A stretch of 64,000 nucleotides of DNA. It comes from Octopus vulgaris. Its lineage: Eukaryota. Position numbers and translations under genes: made by a program. The stretch covers positions 20,770,001-20,834,000 of the forward strand of contig OX597817.1 of the NCBI GenBank assembly GCA_951406725.2, given 5' to 3'. The notes beneath the pieces were generated by a model. The model saw only the letters and a list, made by a program, of their open reading frames with translations. It had not been told where the DNA came from and did not search any database. Numbering within the stretch: the stretch's first letter is position 1; each line of letters opens with the position of its first letter. This document shows positions 42,311 through 54,668 of this stretch, one piece after another.

Positions 42311-42312
<2 letters not shown>
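41881..42312. repeat. Copy of the (AAT)n-associated ~550-bp repeat
   Basis: Collinear with 37027-37460. Confidence 0.8.
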
Positions 42313-42379
<67 letters not shown>

Positions 42380-42682
42380 GTGTATGTGTGTGTGTGTGTA
42401 CATATATATATATATATGTACGCATATCTCGACGATGGAGATTTTCGGGTGAGGCTTATATTTTAGAAGATTCCTTCTGGCCTTTTGGAGTCGGCAGGGA
42501 AGCCAAAAGCCAAGGCTGAATCGTACAGCCGTATACCTGCTTGGTTCTTTGGTCGTCGCAAGATAGCAGCACGGTTGAAGATCGATGGCCGATGAGATAG
42601 TTAGATAATCACCTAGTGTTACTCTTTATAGCGAGGCATTTCCCTCTGCACAACATTTCTAAGAGGTCTTAGGCCAGCACTC

Positions 42683-42749
42683 TTTGGGGCCTGAAGATAC
42701 GCCGTAAGGCTAAAACTCTTATGATCGAGAAACGCAGGGTAACCCCAGA
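42683..42749 (+). ncRNA. Type I hammerhead-like motif, partly degenerate
   Basis: tttgggg/ccccaga stem I, CTGAAGA 42691-42697, GAAA 42729-42732, stem III acgcagggt (one mismatch), GUA triplet; stem II poorly paired. Confidence 0.5.
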
Positions 42750-43055
42750 ATCCGACCGCCCTCATTATAATATATATATATATATATACTAATAATTGCG
42801 TCGCCGCATACCGAAGTTCAAAAATAGCAGCCAAAATCTTAGTCATTTCTTGTACTTTAAAAAGGGTCTTCCAGAGAACTCAAAAGTTTAAACACACAGG
42901 CAGAGGTTAAAGCAAACGAAAATCAATCGATATCTGATCATCCGTAGTATTACTAAAATTCACCGTGTTAACGGTCCTGTTTTCATACCGAATCCTACTT
43001 GGTGAAATTTATTGATTACTTCTTAATTAATTAATTTTACCCTTTGTTATTATTG

Positions 43056-43111
<56 letters not shown>

Positions 43112-43827
43112 GTAGGTATATGATGTCATATACTGTAATTTAAAAGACCTGTTGCCATCTATCAAAATTTAGTTTCAAATTTATCCAACATTAGACATTA
43201 AAAACGATATTTGTATTGGTAGTTGCTGTAGTCTAATAGCTTAAATTCAGTATATATCGCTTGAAATATACAATCACAAGAAGGAGTTCATATTCATTTT
43301 CATTGATAATTCCCTTGTTATATTGACGATTGAAATTATTTTCTTCAAAGAACCTCTCTCGTGGTTAGTCGCCATCATGTCTCTCAAGTTTTATTGTGAC
43401 TCGTCACCTGATATTTACATTTATCTTCTTTGTCACCACTAGTTCGTGTAAGAATCAAATCGGCGTCTGAAGTTTTTATCTTCATTTGCGTTGTCGTCAA
43501 TTTTTTTCTCCTATGATTCAAAACAAAATGTTTGTATAAAATTTTAATGATTTCTACACATTTATACATTTGATATTCACGGCTCTGTTTACAAGTGAAA
43601 ATTTAATTAAATACATTTTCCTCAGTCGCCTCAAACATAAATATCTTTTGAAAAAAAAAGCAAGTCTTATCATTTATAGAAATAATATCTACGCAACAAA
43701 ATTTTGAAAAGGCCAATGTATTTAAAGAAATCGTTCGTGAGTTTTGCAGTTATGCTTCGTCTCGGACACATACAAATACATGCAGGTATGCCGACAGGCA
43801 AGCAGGCAGACAGGGACCGATATACAT

Positions 43828-43916
<89 letters not shown>

Positions 43917-43921
<5 letters not shown>

Positions 43922-44882
43922 AATTCGGGGTGAGTACTTGATAATTATAGGCACCTGTGTATACCGTTTGGTGGTGTAGGTGGTGGAGTAAATTGATCAA
44001 AATAAAATAAAAACATGATGCGAAGGATTCAGCGGTACATATGTTTCGGGCCTTTATTAGACAGATTTATAACAATGCATAATGCATGTCTGTGGCCTTC
44101 TTCAGCCGCGCACAACAGCTTCCACAAGAACATGTGTTACACAAAAAATTCTTGGTTGGTGATGCAAATCCTCTCATTCACGTACGACATAATGCGGCAG
44201 CAGCATAGAATTGAAGCGTCCATCTCTTTCTTCTCTCAATGTAGAATGAGGAAAATTGGATGTTGAGGTAATGTAAATAAATAAATACATATATAGAGGT
44301 GAAGATGGAGGGGCGAGAGTTCGGGACGAGGGATAAAAAATGTATAAAAAGTGTAAGTATAGAATAATATAAAAATGTAGAGGATAAAGATATAAAGAGT
44401 TGTAAGGAGATGTAAAGGGGGTATAAAGAAATATAAAGAAATATAAATAAATGTAAAGGCATAAGGTTATAAAGTAAAAATAGAAATGGAAATAAAAGTA
44501 AAAAAACCTGATAAAAACATGATAAAAGTGTAAAAGAATGTAAAGATAAGGGATGTATAGAGGTTACGGACCAAGCATGGTGGTCAGGAGATTGATAAAA
44601 TTTAGTTGTAGAATTGTCAGTAAATCAACAGTTTCGTCTGGGGACTTAATGCGTTGTAAATCAGAGCTGATGAGCATTTAATCTGGTTCCTTGAATTAAA
44701 TGGACTTCTAGTACATACATATCATCATGGATACATACACCCACATACACGCGTACATATACGCCTCCAAGCCTATAAGCATACACACGCACTCGCGTGT
44801 AAACACGTACATAAACACACACGCACCCACACGCTCGCGCGTACACACACATACATACAACAGAATATCCGCATATATACAC

Positions 44883-44888
<6 letters not shown>
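43917..44888 (-). mobile_element. Hammerhead-bearing non-coding retroelement, copy 2
   Basis: Closely matches 11141-12040; (TA)n on both sides; ~70 extra bases at 43917-43990. Confidence 0.8.
44032..44109 (-). ncRNA. Type I hammerhead ribozyme, canonical core (second copy)
   Basis: Same core and stems as 11178-11255; the one visible difference is in the stem II loop region. Confidence 0.85.
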
Positions 44889-44940
<52 letters not shown>

Positions 44941-44944
44941 TTAT

Positions 44945-45110
44945 GTAAAATAATATGTGACAAATATTCAATAGCCAAGATAAAACTCTGAATTTCGGAT
45001 GCCGAGGTGGAAATCCACAACCGAAGACATGGTGTTGTGGATTTCCACCTCGGCATCCGAAACTCAGAGTTTTATCTTGGCTATTGGATACTTGTCACAT
45101 AATATTTCAC
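44945..45110. repeat. Long near-perfect hairpin (77-bp arms, 12-nt spacer)
   Basis: 44945-45021 is the reverse complement of 45034-45110 with a handful of mismatches. Confidence 0.95.
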
Positions 45111-45455
45111 AGATAAATTTCATCTATTTACATAATATTGTGGTCTCTTTCTTTCTTTTGCTATCTAACTGTTAAAGTGTCAACCGTTTTTTCATACCGA
45201 TATAATATTTGCAATCTATCTATCTATTTATCTATCTATCTATATATCTATATTTCTATTTGTCTCTCTGTCTATAATAAGTGTGTGTGTGTGTGTGTGT
45301 GCATATGTATGTGTGTTTATGTTAGACCTGGATTGTCCCGCCGACTTCGAAGTATAAGGCTCAGACAACGTACTCTTTATTTGTCAGCCATGATACTTAT
45401 GTTGAATGCGACGCTTCGAATTTGTTTATGAGTAGGGCAATGTTGGTGGATTACT

Positions 45456-45575
45456 TGTCTTCTTTATGCTGATGGTCAAACCAAAGGGATTACGTGCAGT
45501 AGAAAACCGTTCTAGAAGTTCCTGAGCTTCCTCTAAAGAGGTCACTGCTACTGCGGCATCACCTGCAAAAAAATA
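45456..45575 (-). mobile_element. RTE-clade LINE RT fragment
   Basis: FFAGDAAVAVTSLEEAQELLERFSTARNPFGLTISIKKT matches the RTE FADD...FGLTIS.KKT region. Confidence 0.8.
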
Positions 45576-45687
45576 GATTACGAATGATACTGGTGCGCAG
45601 CTGTGCTCTGGTATTGAAATGCCGGCAACCGAATAGTCAACCTCTGGTTCGAAACGGGAATTTGACACCAAATTGTATGTCATCAAT

Positions 45688-46772
45688 ATACAGTATACAT
45701 ATACTATATATATATATATAAGCATAATATATACATATATAAACCATGTATCCTACACCTTGATTCTTGGAACTTACCCTTACATATATGAATGTATATA
45801 TGTATATGTATATATATGACTGTATCCGAAAATTTCTTCACACAACTTGATTAAAAATTCAATATGAGCTATATGTAGACATGCACAAATTCTGTAAGTT
45901 TAAAACCTTTCATCGGATCTCCATGAATCGAACTTTCTTCAATGCAGTTAATCTTACAACTTCTTTTGTATCTACCCCTTTTGATGTTTGGGAATTCTCT
46001 GATGTTTTTTCGGCTGACGAGTACGAGCCATCTGTATTCACTGCATTTTTTGTAGCTTATTAAAGATGTCCTCGTACGAAACGATCGTACCGAGATTTTA
46101 ATCCATTCTTGTTGCTTTTTTTCTATATGTATGTATATATGTATGTATACATATATCTGCACTCACAGGTCAATCTTCGACACCCATCCCTTCTCCTCTC
46201 TGATTCCTTCTTTCTCTCTATCTCTCTCTTTGTTGCGTTTGTCCCTCCTCTCTCTCTCTCTCTCTCTCTCCCGTTGCTTCTCTTTCTTTTCTTTCTCTCT
46301 TCTCTGTCACGTGACTGCTGGCCGAAATCTGCCTTTCAGCTTCTGATCAGCGTCGTGTTAACATCGTTGTTTTTCGTCCGCCGCTATAGACATCGCCGAT
46401 AAGGCTCCTTTCCTTGCGCCAGAGAAAAATTTTTTTGCTTGTTATCAGTCGTAAGACACTTGTTGTTGTTTTCACCGTTAATGCTTCTGTATTTCATGTT
46501 TCTGTATTCCATTATTTTTTGTTTTTTTATATTCGTCCCTTTTGCTGTCCTGGTGTCCGTATGCATTCGATCCGAAAGTTTTCTAATGCTCGTTGCTTAG
46601 TTATTCTTGAGGGCTGGCCGTGATCTAGTAGTCTCAAGATTGATCAGCCGAAATTACTACGATGATCCGGTTCTTGACTGAGGACTGGGGTTTTCGAATG
46701 TCCTGTCCGTGTTTATTGTGTCGTCTTCTAAGAGTTATACGTTCTTGTCCATGTTGTATTTTTCTACATACC

Positions 46773-46827
<55 letters not shown>

Positions 46828-46975
46828 ACATACATATATACATACATATATATACATATACATATATACATTCATATATGTAAGGGTAAGTTCCAAGAAT
46901 CAAGGTGTAGGATACATGGTTTATATATGTATATATTATGCTTATATATATAGGTATATATATATATACTGTATA
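45688..46975. repeat. ~130-bp inverted repeat pair enclosing the 46008 hammerhead
   Basis: 45688-45818 (aaaccatgtatcctacaccttgattcttggaacttaccctt) is the reverse complement of ~46845-46975. Confidence 0.85.
46008..46095 (+). ncRNA. Type I hammerhead ribozyme, fully canonical
   Basis: tttcgg/ccgaga stem I, CTGACGA 46014-46020, 7-bp stem II gtacgag/ctcgtac extended by catct/agatg, GAAA 46078-46081, palindromic stem III ACGATCGT 46081-46088, GUA triplet, predicted cut after 46089. Confidence 0.92.
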
Positions 46976-46981
46976 TGTATA

Positions 46982-47400
46982 GATAACGCCTGGAGAAGAT
47001 CCTAAATGGATATAGAAAGAAAAATAAAAGAGCAGATAAATGTTGAGCGGCAAGTTTAGCGTCCAGAGGCGAAGAGCAGCGAGATGACAGAGTTAGTAAC
47101 ATTTCTACAGTAGATAGAAGGAAAAGAAGGAGGATCTGTGAGAGGGTGAGACGGAGCGGCAGAGACAACAGGGAAGGAAGTCTACAATGTGAAGGCGGGA
47201 GACAGAGACAGAGAGAGGAAGAGAGGAAGTTGGGATGCTAGAAAAGAAATATACATCTCTGCCTTTCGCCACCGGACACTTAGCTTGCCGGTCAACATCT
47301 ATCACCTGTCTTGGCATTTCTCTCTCTCCCCCTCAACATTTATCTGCTCTTTTGATATTTTTCTTTCTATATCCATTTAGGATCTTTTCCAGGCGTTATC
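46982..47400. repeat. Fold-back element with ~66-bp terminal inverted repeats
   Basis: gataacgcctggagaagatcctaaatgg...aaatgttgag (46982-47047) versus ctcaacattt...ccaggcgttatc (47332-47400). Confidence 0.9.
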
Positions 47401-47867
47401 CATCATACCAGCCTTCGGCCAACAGGCGGTGTTCATTCCATCTTCGTCAATCGCCTTAAATTACGTTTGTTTACTTTCGTACGTCCACTCTGTATTTGCT
47501 CGATCCCTGAATTTCCGTTAATTCTGCGGATGCCACCGATAACCGATATTTTCAGCATTATTGTTAAAGGCATGCAATTGTGTATTAGTATTTCGGTCGA
47601 TAACGGATGAATAATTAGAGCCCTTCTCTCTCTGTCCCTTGTGTACGCTTCTTAGTATTTAATACATTTTCATTTATCATATATATATATATATATATAT
47701 ATATTCATATACACCTACATTTCAGTGAGTTTTGATGCTAGAGAAGACGTTCTGCGTAGCGTGAATAGGTTTCATCTGAAGTCATGGCCGTTTTGGTAAA
47801 TGTAGTATGTTATTAGATATTATTAATGTGTATGGGTGCTCTTTAAATATTTCAAACAGTAATGTTG

Positions 47868-48051
47868 GTTTAACATTTTGTCCCAAGGCCAGCGACTCGA
47901 AGCTCGGGGTAAGTCAATTGAATCGGCCTAATGCTCAACAGGGTACTTATTTTATCGACTCCGAAAGATAAAAACAGTCGATCTCAGCAAATTTGATATG
48001 CCGCTAAATATTTTACCCGGCATGCTAACGATTCTATCCGCTGACCACCTT
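47868..48051 (-). mobile_element. tRNA-SINE (second family), diverged
   Basis: ggtacttattttatcgactccgaaag...gctaacgattct; reverse complement of the 23994 family. Confidence 0.7.
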
Positions 48052-49491
48052 ATTTCAACCAGTAACATCAGATTTCGTTATTGTGTTGTGACTTCATGTT
48101 GCTGGTTAACTTTTATGTCCTGGGTTATATAACCACGACCCTACATCAATCCCTAGAATGAACGTGTGCAAACCCGTTCGTGTCGATTCCTTCGAGACCC
48201 TATTTCATAGAATAATTCTTCTGATATTCATGTTGTTGCGGTTATTACTATGTTTTTGTTTCGAATTAATAGTTAGCTAATGTTCATCAAATCATTTTGG
48301 CTGAAATCAAACTACTATTTTTGTACAAGGCATCGACTGTTTTTCACACCGACACAATATTTGCAATTTAGTGGGGATCCTCTTATTTGTGTATTCTGTT
48401 TTGGTCTAAGTTAGATTTCTGCTCTATTGATCATGTGTATAGTTTTGCGAAGTTTGCCAAATATATGGTTCGAAATAGGGACCAAAATATACTTTTACTT
48501 TTTTTCATTCTTTGCATGGTTGTATGTTTGTTTAATTTGTTTTGCCTATTTTTCCATGAGTAGCTTTTAGGGTACATCAAGTATTGCTAATATAGAAATT
48601 ACAGTTATATCTAGATGTCACACATATTATTCCATTGTGTAAGTAATTTCCTGCTATCACAATAGGGAATCAAACATCATTACTATTCTCATAAATATAA
48701 ATTACTGACTTTGTTTGTGCCATGCGTAATATAGTCATTCTTCCTCTATACTTTTCTTTTCTTTTCATTCTATCTTTCTTTCACTTTTCCACTTTTTCAT
48801 TTGAAATCCTCTACTGTATTTGCTAGATAACGTCTCTGTTCTCTTTTGGCAAAATTTCAATGCAACCATTGCCGAAACTTATGGGAATATATTAAAATGT
48901 GCATTTAATCAGTTCACCCTACGTAACTCACTGACAGATCGTAAATTATCAATTCAACGCAAATATACTTTTTGCATTACTATAGACATCTTATATATGA
49001 ATAATAAACAACTGTGAACACGTAATGAGCTTTATATTTTAACAATTATTTGATAATTCGTATAGAAATTGAGTTCAAAGATGTCAAAATCATATTTAAT
49101 GGTTAAGTAAGGGATATTAATATATTTTTCGAGAAATAGTTTCAATTCAAAACAAAAAGAGCAATTGATGATTATGTGGAATACGTTTGCACCATATAGG
49201 TACCTTACACCTGTAAGTTCATTACTGTGTTCATGAAATATAATAGATAATAATACCTGTTTGAATTCAAGAAGATAATAGTATGGATTTTATGGACCAT
49301 TTTTTTCGAGGATTTCGTACAGGTGTTGTACTTTTGCATTAGAAGTCTGAGTGAAGAGAGTTGACTGTCGCAAATGTAATACATCAATTTTGCAACATAT
49401 ATTAGTTAAAGACTGCAACACGTTCACATGTGTTGCATGTAAATAATTTGAATAATATTTCCTTTCAATCAATTATAAATGTTTCCGTCAG

Positions 49492-51659
49492 AATGTATTG
49501 TGGATGCAAAGTAGAAATGGTCAGTTTCATTTTGGAATTGAAGATTCCTATTTACAATAATTGATAAATACCTGTTACATGATACTGCATGGAACAATAT
49601 ACTGAATATTTTAACGTGACAATTCCAGTGAATGGTTTATGTCAAACATTTCCTTTTGGAATAATACTTCAGATCCACTTAAATGGTTAAGGAAATGATA
49701 TGTTTCATAGAATTTAACGACAATCAGTGTACAGATATATAAACAGAAAACGATAAAAATATATACCATGCTTTAACTGCCATGGTGATATTTCTATTTG
49801 TCAGCATATACTTCTGATAAGATTAAATAAATTCATAGCTATTACTCTGCAGTTCCATAAATGGAAGTATAGGGAATTAATTGTGGAACTACTACAAACG
49901 TTCTAATGTGGAAACATTTCTTACAAAATGAAATGTTACTTAACTCATTTTTACAAGTTTTATGTTCCGAACTAACTTCACTCAACATTATTTAGCCACT
50001 ATATTTACTAACACTTACATGTTGTATATGCTTACACGCGCTTGCTTTTCCATTGAGCGAATTATTTCAAAGAACGTTCTCTTAATACACATTTATGTGG
50101 CATTAATGAGAAGTAGAGAATAGTAAATGCCGATGAATGATAGAGTTCTCCGTTTCTATTTCCAGAGAATGTATTACTGCATTTTGTCGGGGTATACTGG
50201 TACCAAACATATTTCATTCATACTCGTGATAAAAATAATTCACTATAAACTGAATGTACCTAATCAACACACTATGTAAATAGGTAAATGCAATTCTTTA
50301 CGTACTTTATGAATGAAATCTGCTTCTTTCCCAGAAACTCATATATGAACGTACAATATGTATTTAATATATATTCATTGCCTAAAGGGTGTAATTATAC
50401 TTTCATATCCAAATAATACATTCCAAATATTATACTGGTACTAACAAACACAGTACTGCTAAAAATATAGCGTGTATACTCGATTGCATTGCATTTCATA
50501 TGGGTGTATATTTAGATTATAGTAATTTTTACAAATTATTTCAAGTTCTAGCGAATTACAAATGAAGACGTGGAATGGCGTAGATTATATTGGTACCAAC
50601 ATGTTGAATGCAGTAAGAGAACGTCATGTGGAAGTAATTTTAAAAGATTATTTCTATTTCATTTCAGTCTATCAGCAGATTGTATTTAACCCTTACGGTC
50701 ACCATCCAGCTTTCGTTCATTTCGAAGGCCACAAACTTCAGTTTCTCCGCTCTTTCCTTAATTTTACCGGCGACGTATTTAGAGTCGCTAAAACTACACA
50801 CGCGCAGATACATAACATAATAATATTCATTGCTGATTACCCTTCCAAACTTGAGTTTCTTCTGCATACATCCTACATATTACCTTACACAAAAGCAACA
50901 TTGACTTCATAAAGATAGACGTTATCATCTTTTACAATAGTGTCACATCACTCATGGCCACGGAAATTAATTTCTCATATCACTACACGTTTCTTGTTCA
51001 TACTTTGGATCATATCGAAACAGATAGTGAACATAATACTACATCCCTACTCTCTAAGCATCACTAACTGGTGCACGAGCAATTGTTGTTCTACTTGGTA
51101 AAAGTAAAAACCGAATATCCTGCAAAGACAAGAACATTAACATCTTAGAAACCTAAACATTGCATTAAGTACTCCAATGTTCCTTCTGTAAAACTATGGA
51201 ACAATAGGGACGTAATTTCTTTTATAGATAGTACTGGTCGATCGGAGATGACATGGCAATAAGGAAAATTATTGGTAACTCATAATTCATACCATGACAT
51301 TCGTTAGAGTTGAAATGCATCACCTTCGCCGATTATTTTTACTGGTGAAAGCTTTAGCTCTATATGAGTAATAAAATAGCACAATGATTACATCTCGTAT
51401 TCGTAGAGAGAGAATACTTCCACACACAAAAACAATATTAGCGCTTTAAAAATTTAAATAAAATTGAGTAAAGATCTCATATATTCGACGCTGATGCTGT
51501 ACACAGAAGTGAGATCATAGGCAACATCCATAAAAATAAAAACAACGTGTATGATTTTCAATAAGCCATATATCTCCTACATAAAACATAAATGCATAAA
51601 AAATATAGAGTATATATGTATTAATATATATGAGTAAATATCTACACACACACACACAC

Positions 51660-51697
<38 letters not shown>

Positions 51698-51824
51698 GCA
51701 CACACAGAGTTGCGTATGTACATTACAAATATATATATATATATATGTATATATATAGATAGATATATAGATATATATATACATATACATATACATACAC
51801 ACACACACATACACACACACACTC

Positions 51825-51874
<50 letters not shown>

Positions 51875-54039
51875 TTTACTACTGCGTAATAGGTTAAAAT
51901 ATTTTATATGTACAAAAATTAAGGCGGTGTTCTGGCAGAATCGTTATAACACTAGACAAAATAAATTTCCAGAAAAGAAACCGATTCCATCTAGAAAATG
52001 CATAAAATATTTCATTTACGTATTTACATCGTGAGTCCATTAGATATATTCAGTTTGTAACGAATCTTTTTCTTAGTACTAGAATGAATGAAATATTTTC
52101 GCCACTAATATATACGCCAAGACACAATGCAGTAATACACTGACGATAGAAGTTGATCCAATAATTTGGCTAGTTATTTATATGTGTAAACGTGTTAAAG
52201 CGATGCAAACTCTGCGTGGCTGAAACATTGTATATTAGATTCCAAAATTATATTACACTATTTATTTCCAGATCTGATATTTCAGTAAATAGAAGCGCAT
52301 AGCCAAATGTATTTTGTCAAACTGAGGAATACCACACTCTCCGGATTGAGTCGTTGCCTCGAAAATTTTGCCTTTCACAGCATTGAATTATTATAGAACA
52401 GGTAGATTAATTAGGAATTATATGGATATAGGGCCAGAACTCTTAGATTGTTCATTTTTGTATCGTTTTCTTTTTAACCTTCAAATAGTGTTTAATTTTC
52501 TTTCTTTATGGCTATATGGTTGTTCTCCTTTGCTTTATTTTAACTGATTTCTCTATGAGTTGAGTTTAGGGTACATCAAATAATAATGCTACACTTATTA
52601 CGATTTTCTTTTGTCACATTATTTAAAATATGAATAAAGATGAAACTGGAAGTTTATTCAATTTTTCTCGCAGCATACATATTGAGCTTTTACTAAGAAA
52701 TGCTTCAGAGTGATTTTTTAATGAATGTGTACTAGACACAATTATTTGGGAAGGCGTACAGGACACAATTATTTGGAGAGGCGGAAAGGGATTACCCAAC
52801 CGGTTATGAAGGCAGGAGCGTTGCGGTTATTAAGGTACTAAAGTTTCATGCATGTACGGTCTTAAAAGTTTGGAATGCCAGATCCACATATAGTTAGAAA
52901 CGTATACTCACTAAAAACAATAATTATACAAAGTGGTCGTACATACATTTGGCATACAATAATATATGCATCTAAAATATATGTATGACGATCCATACAC
53001 ACACACTCACGCGCACATACGCATGTATGTATATATATATATATATGCTCACATACATCTGCATATTAGGAAATATATTAGAATGAAAATATTATCGTAT
53101 TTGATACATATGCATACACATCGACCTGTTAAATGCACTGAGATAATTACAAATATACCCCAGTATAGCGACTTCACACATATTCAGTTTCGTACACGCC
53201 TCATAAATGCACTCGCTTAAATATATACAAACTCATATATACGCGTATACGAAGCTGCGAATATAACTTACATGAATATACAGGAATATTGTTTTTTAAA
53301 TTAATGCATAGAAATATGCATAAAATATGTACATATCAGCACGAGCATATGCATATGCCCATTGATAGATAAATAAGGGATCTACATATATGCATTTACA
53401 AGTAAAACAACATCATCCATGCAGATATACACCATTGTTAACCAACTACAATTGAGTCAATATGCATACATAACATATGAGGAAAAACAGAAAATAAGCA
53501 AATATAGGAACTCAGACCTATTAAGTTTCGGCAGTTTGGGTAAAAATAGAGGTGTAAGACTAGAAGTTAGTAGGGTGGTATAGCTGAAGATGAAGGTATT
53601 TAATTATGACAAACGGATCGATGTAGATTTCAAATACAATAACAATACAAGACCAACTATGCGGTAGTGACGTTCACGGTAGGAAGTTATTAAACGTTTA
53701 ACAATCACTAACTCCATCGGATATAACAGAAATACTGACAAAGAAGAAATGTCCAACTCTCCGGCAAGTTTGTACAAGTTAGTGGTGGTGTCCACATACA
53801 GCACAATATCATTCTATGCGAAAAGTATACACCTTCGAATAAGAGTGCATGATGTAACTGAAATCATATTACAAAACGTCTTTAACTATTCAGAATTCAC
53901 TCAAATTTATTTCTCACTCCTGATTTTGATATGCGAAGTCACACTTAATTGTATCCAAGATGTACCATTGTATCACTTGATAGCGGAAACCTCAGCAGGA
54001 GATATAGCATGATTCATCTTTGATTTCCCTTATGTTTTC

Positions 54040-54101
<62 letters not shown>

Positions 54102-54194
54102 TATATCTAGATATATATGATGTATGTTATTCATGCATGTATGTATCTTTCTATGTGTATGTGTATATAATACATACATACATACATACATATA

Positions 54195-54263
<69 letters not shown>

Positions 54264-54485
54264 GTAGGTATGTGTCTATACATATTTTTATTTACGTTGT
54301 TAAGAGTTCCTTCGATATAATTTCATTTCTTATCTTAAATAACTTTAGTGCATTTATATTTATTTATCTGGTTAAAACCTGCACCGAATGATGACAATTG
54401 CGGTGGTGTTAACGAAAAAGTAGACGTCGAATATGACGTTTATCTTAAGTTTGATGAGCTTACATTCAAGGACAAGACATATGCT
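49492..54485 (+). pseudogene. Two decayed MAM-domain-like units split over candidate exons
   Basis: Manual reading through stops/frameshifts: LWMQS..GTIY/TEYFNVT..LCQTF (49492-49690); VEWRR..|YQQIVF..FVHFEG (50552-50740); DF.KDR..LLQ, SWPR..DH, LTS*..HCIKY, HGNKENYW (50903-51275); open phase-1 exon ending VYLKFDELTFKDKTY (54349-54485). Order fits the MAM motif layout but identity is low. Confidence 0.33.
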
Positions 54486-54668
54486 TGAGTTATCATTAAT
54501 TAAATCCTGTCAATTTGCAATAGTGTCTAATGAAATTACTTTCAATTTAAATCACAGCTTCGATTTACTATTAAATTTGTTCTTAATTAGATAGCATTCG
54601 TAGTGAATTGAAATGAATGGCTGTAAAATGAAAGAAAATGATTGGCGTGTCATTCTGTAGTTCTACAG

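Noticed and set aside
46604-46665. ggctg...cagcc-gaaa hairpin resembling hammerhead stem II
   Set aside because: Core reads cttgag and stems I and III cannot be formed.
50190-50600. tatactggtac-like word three times (YWYQ, Ig-like)
   Set aside because: Irregular spacing, short AT-rich word and no other Ig motifs.
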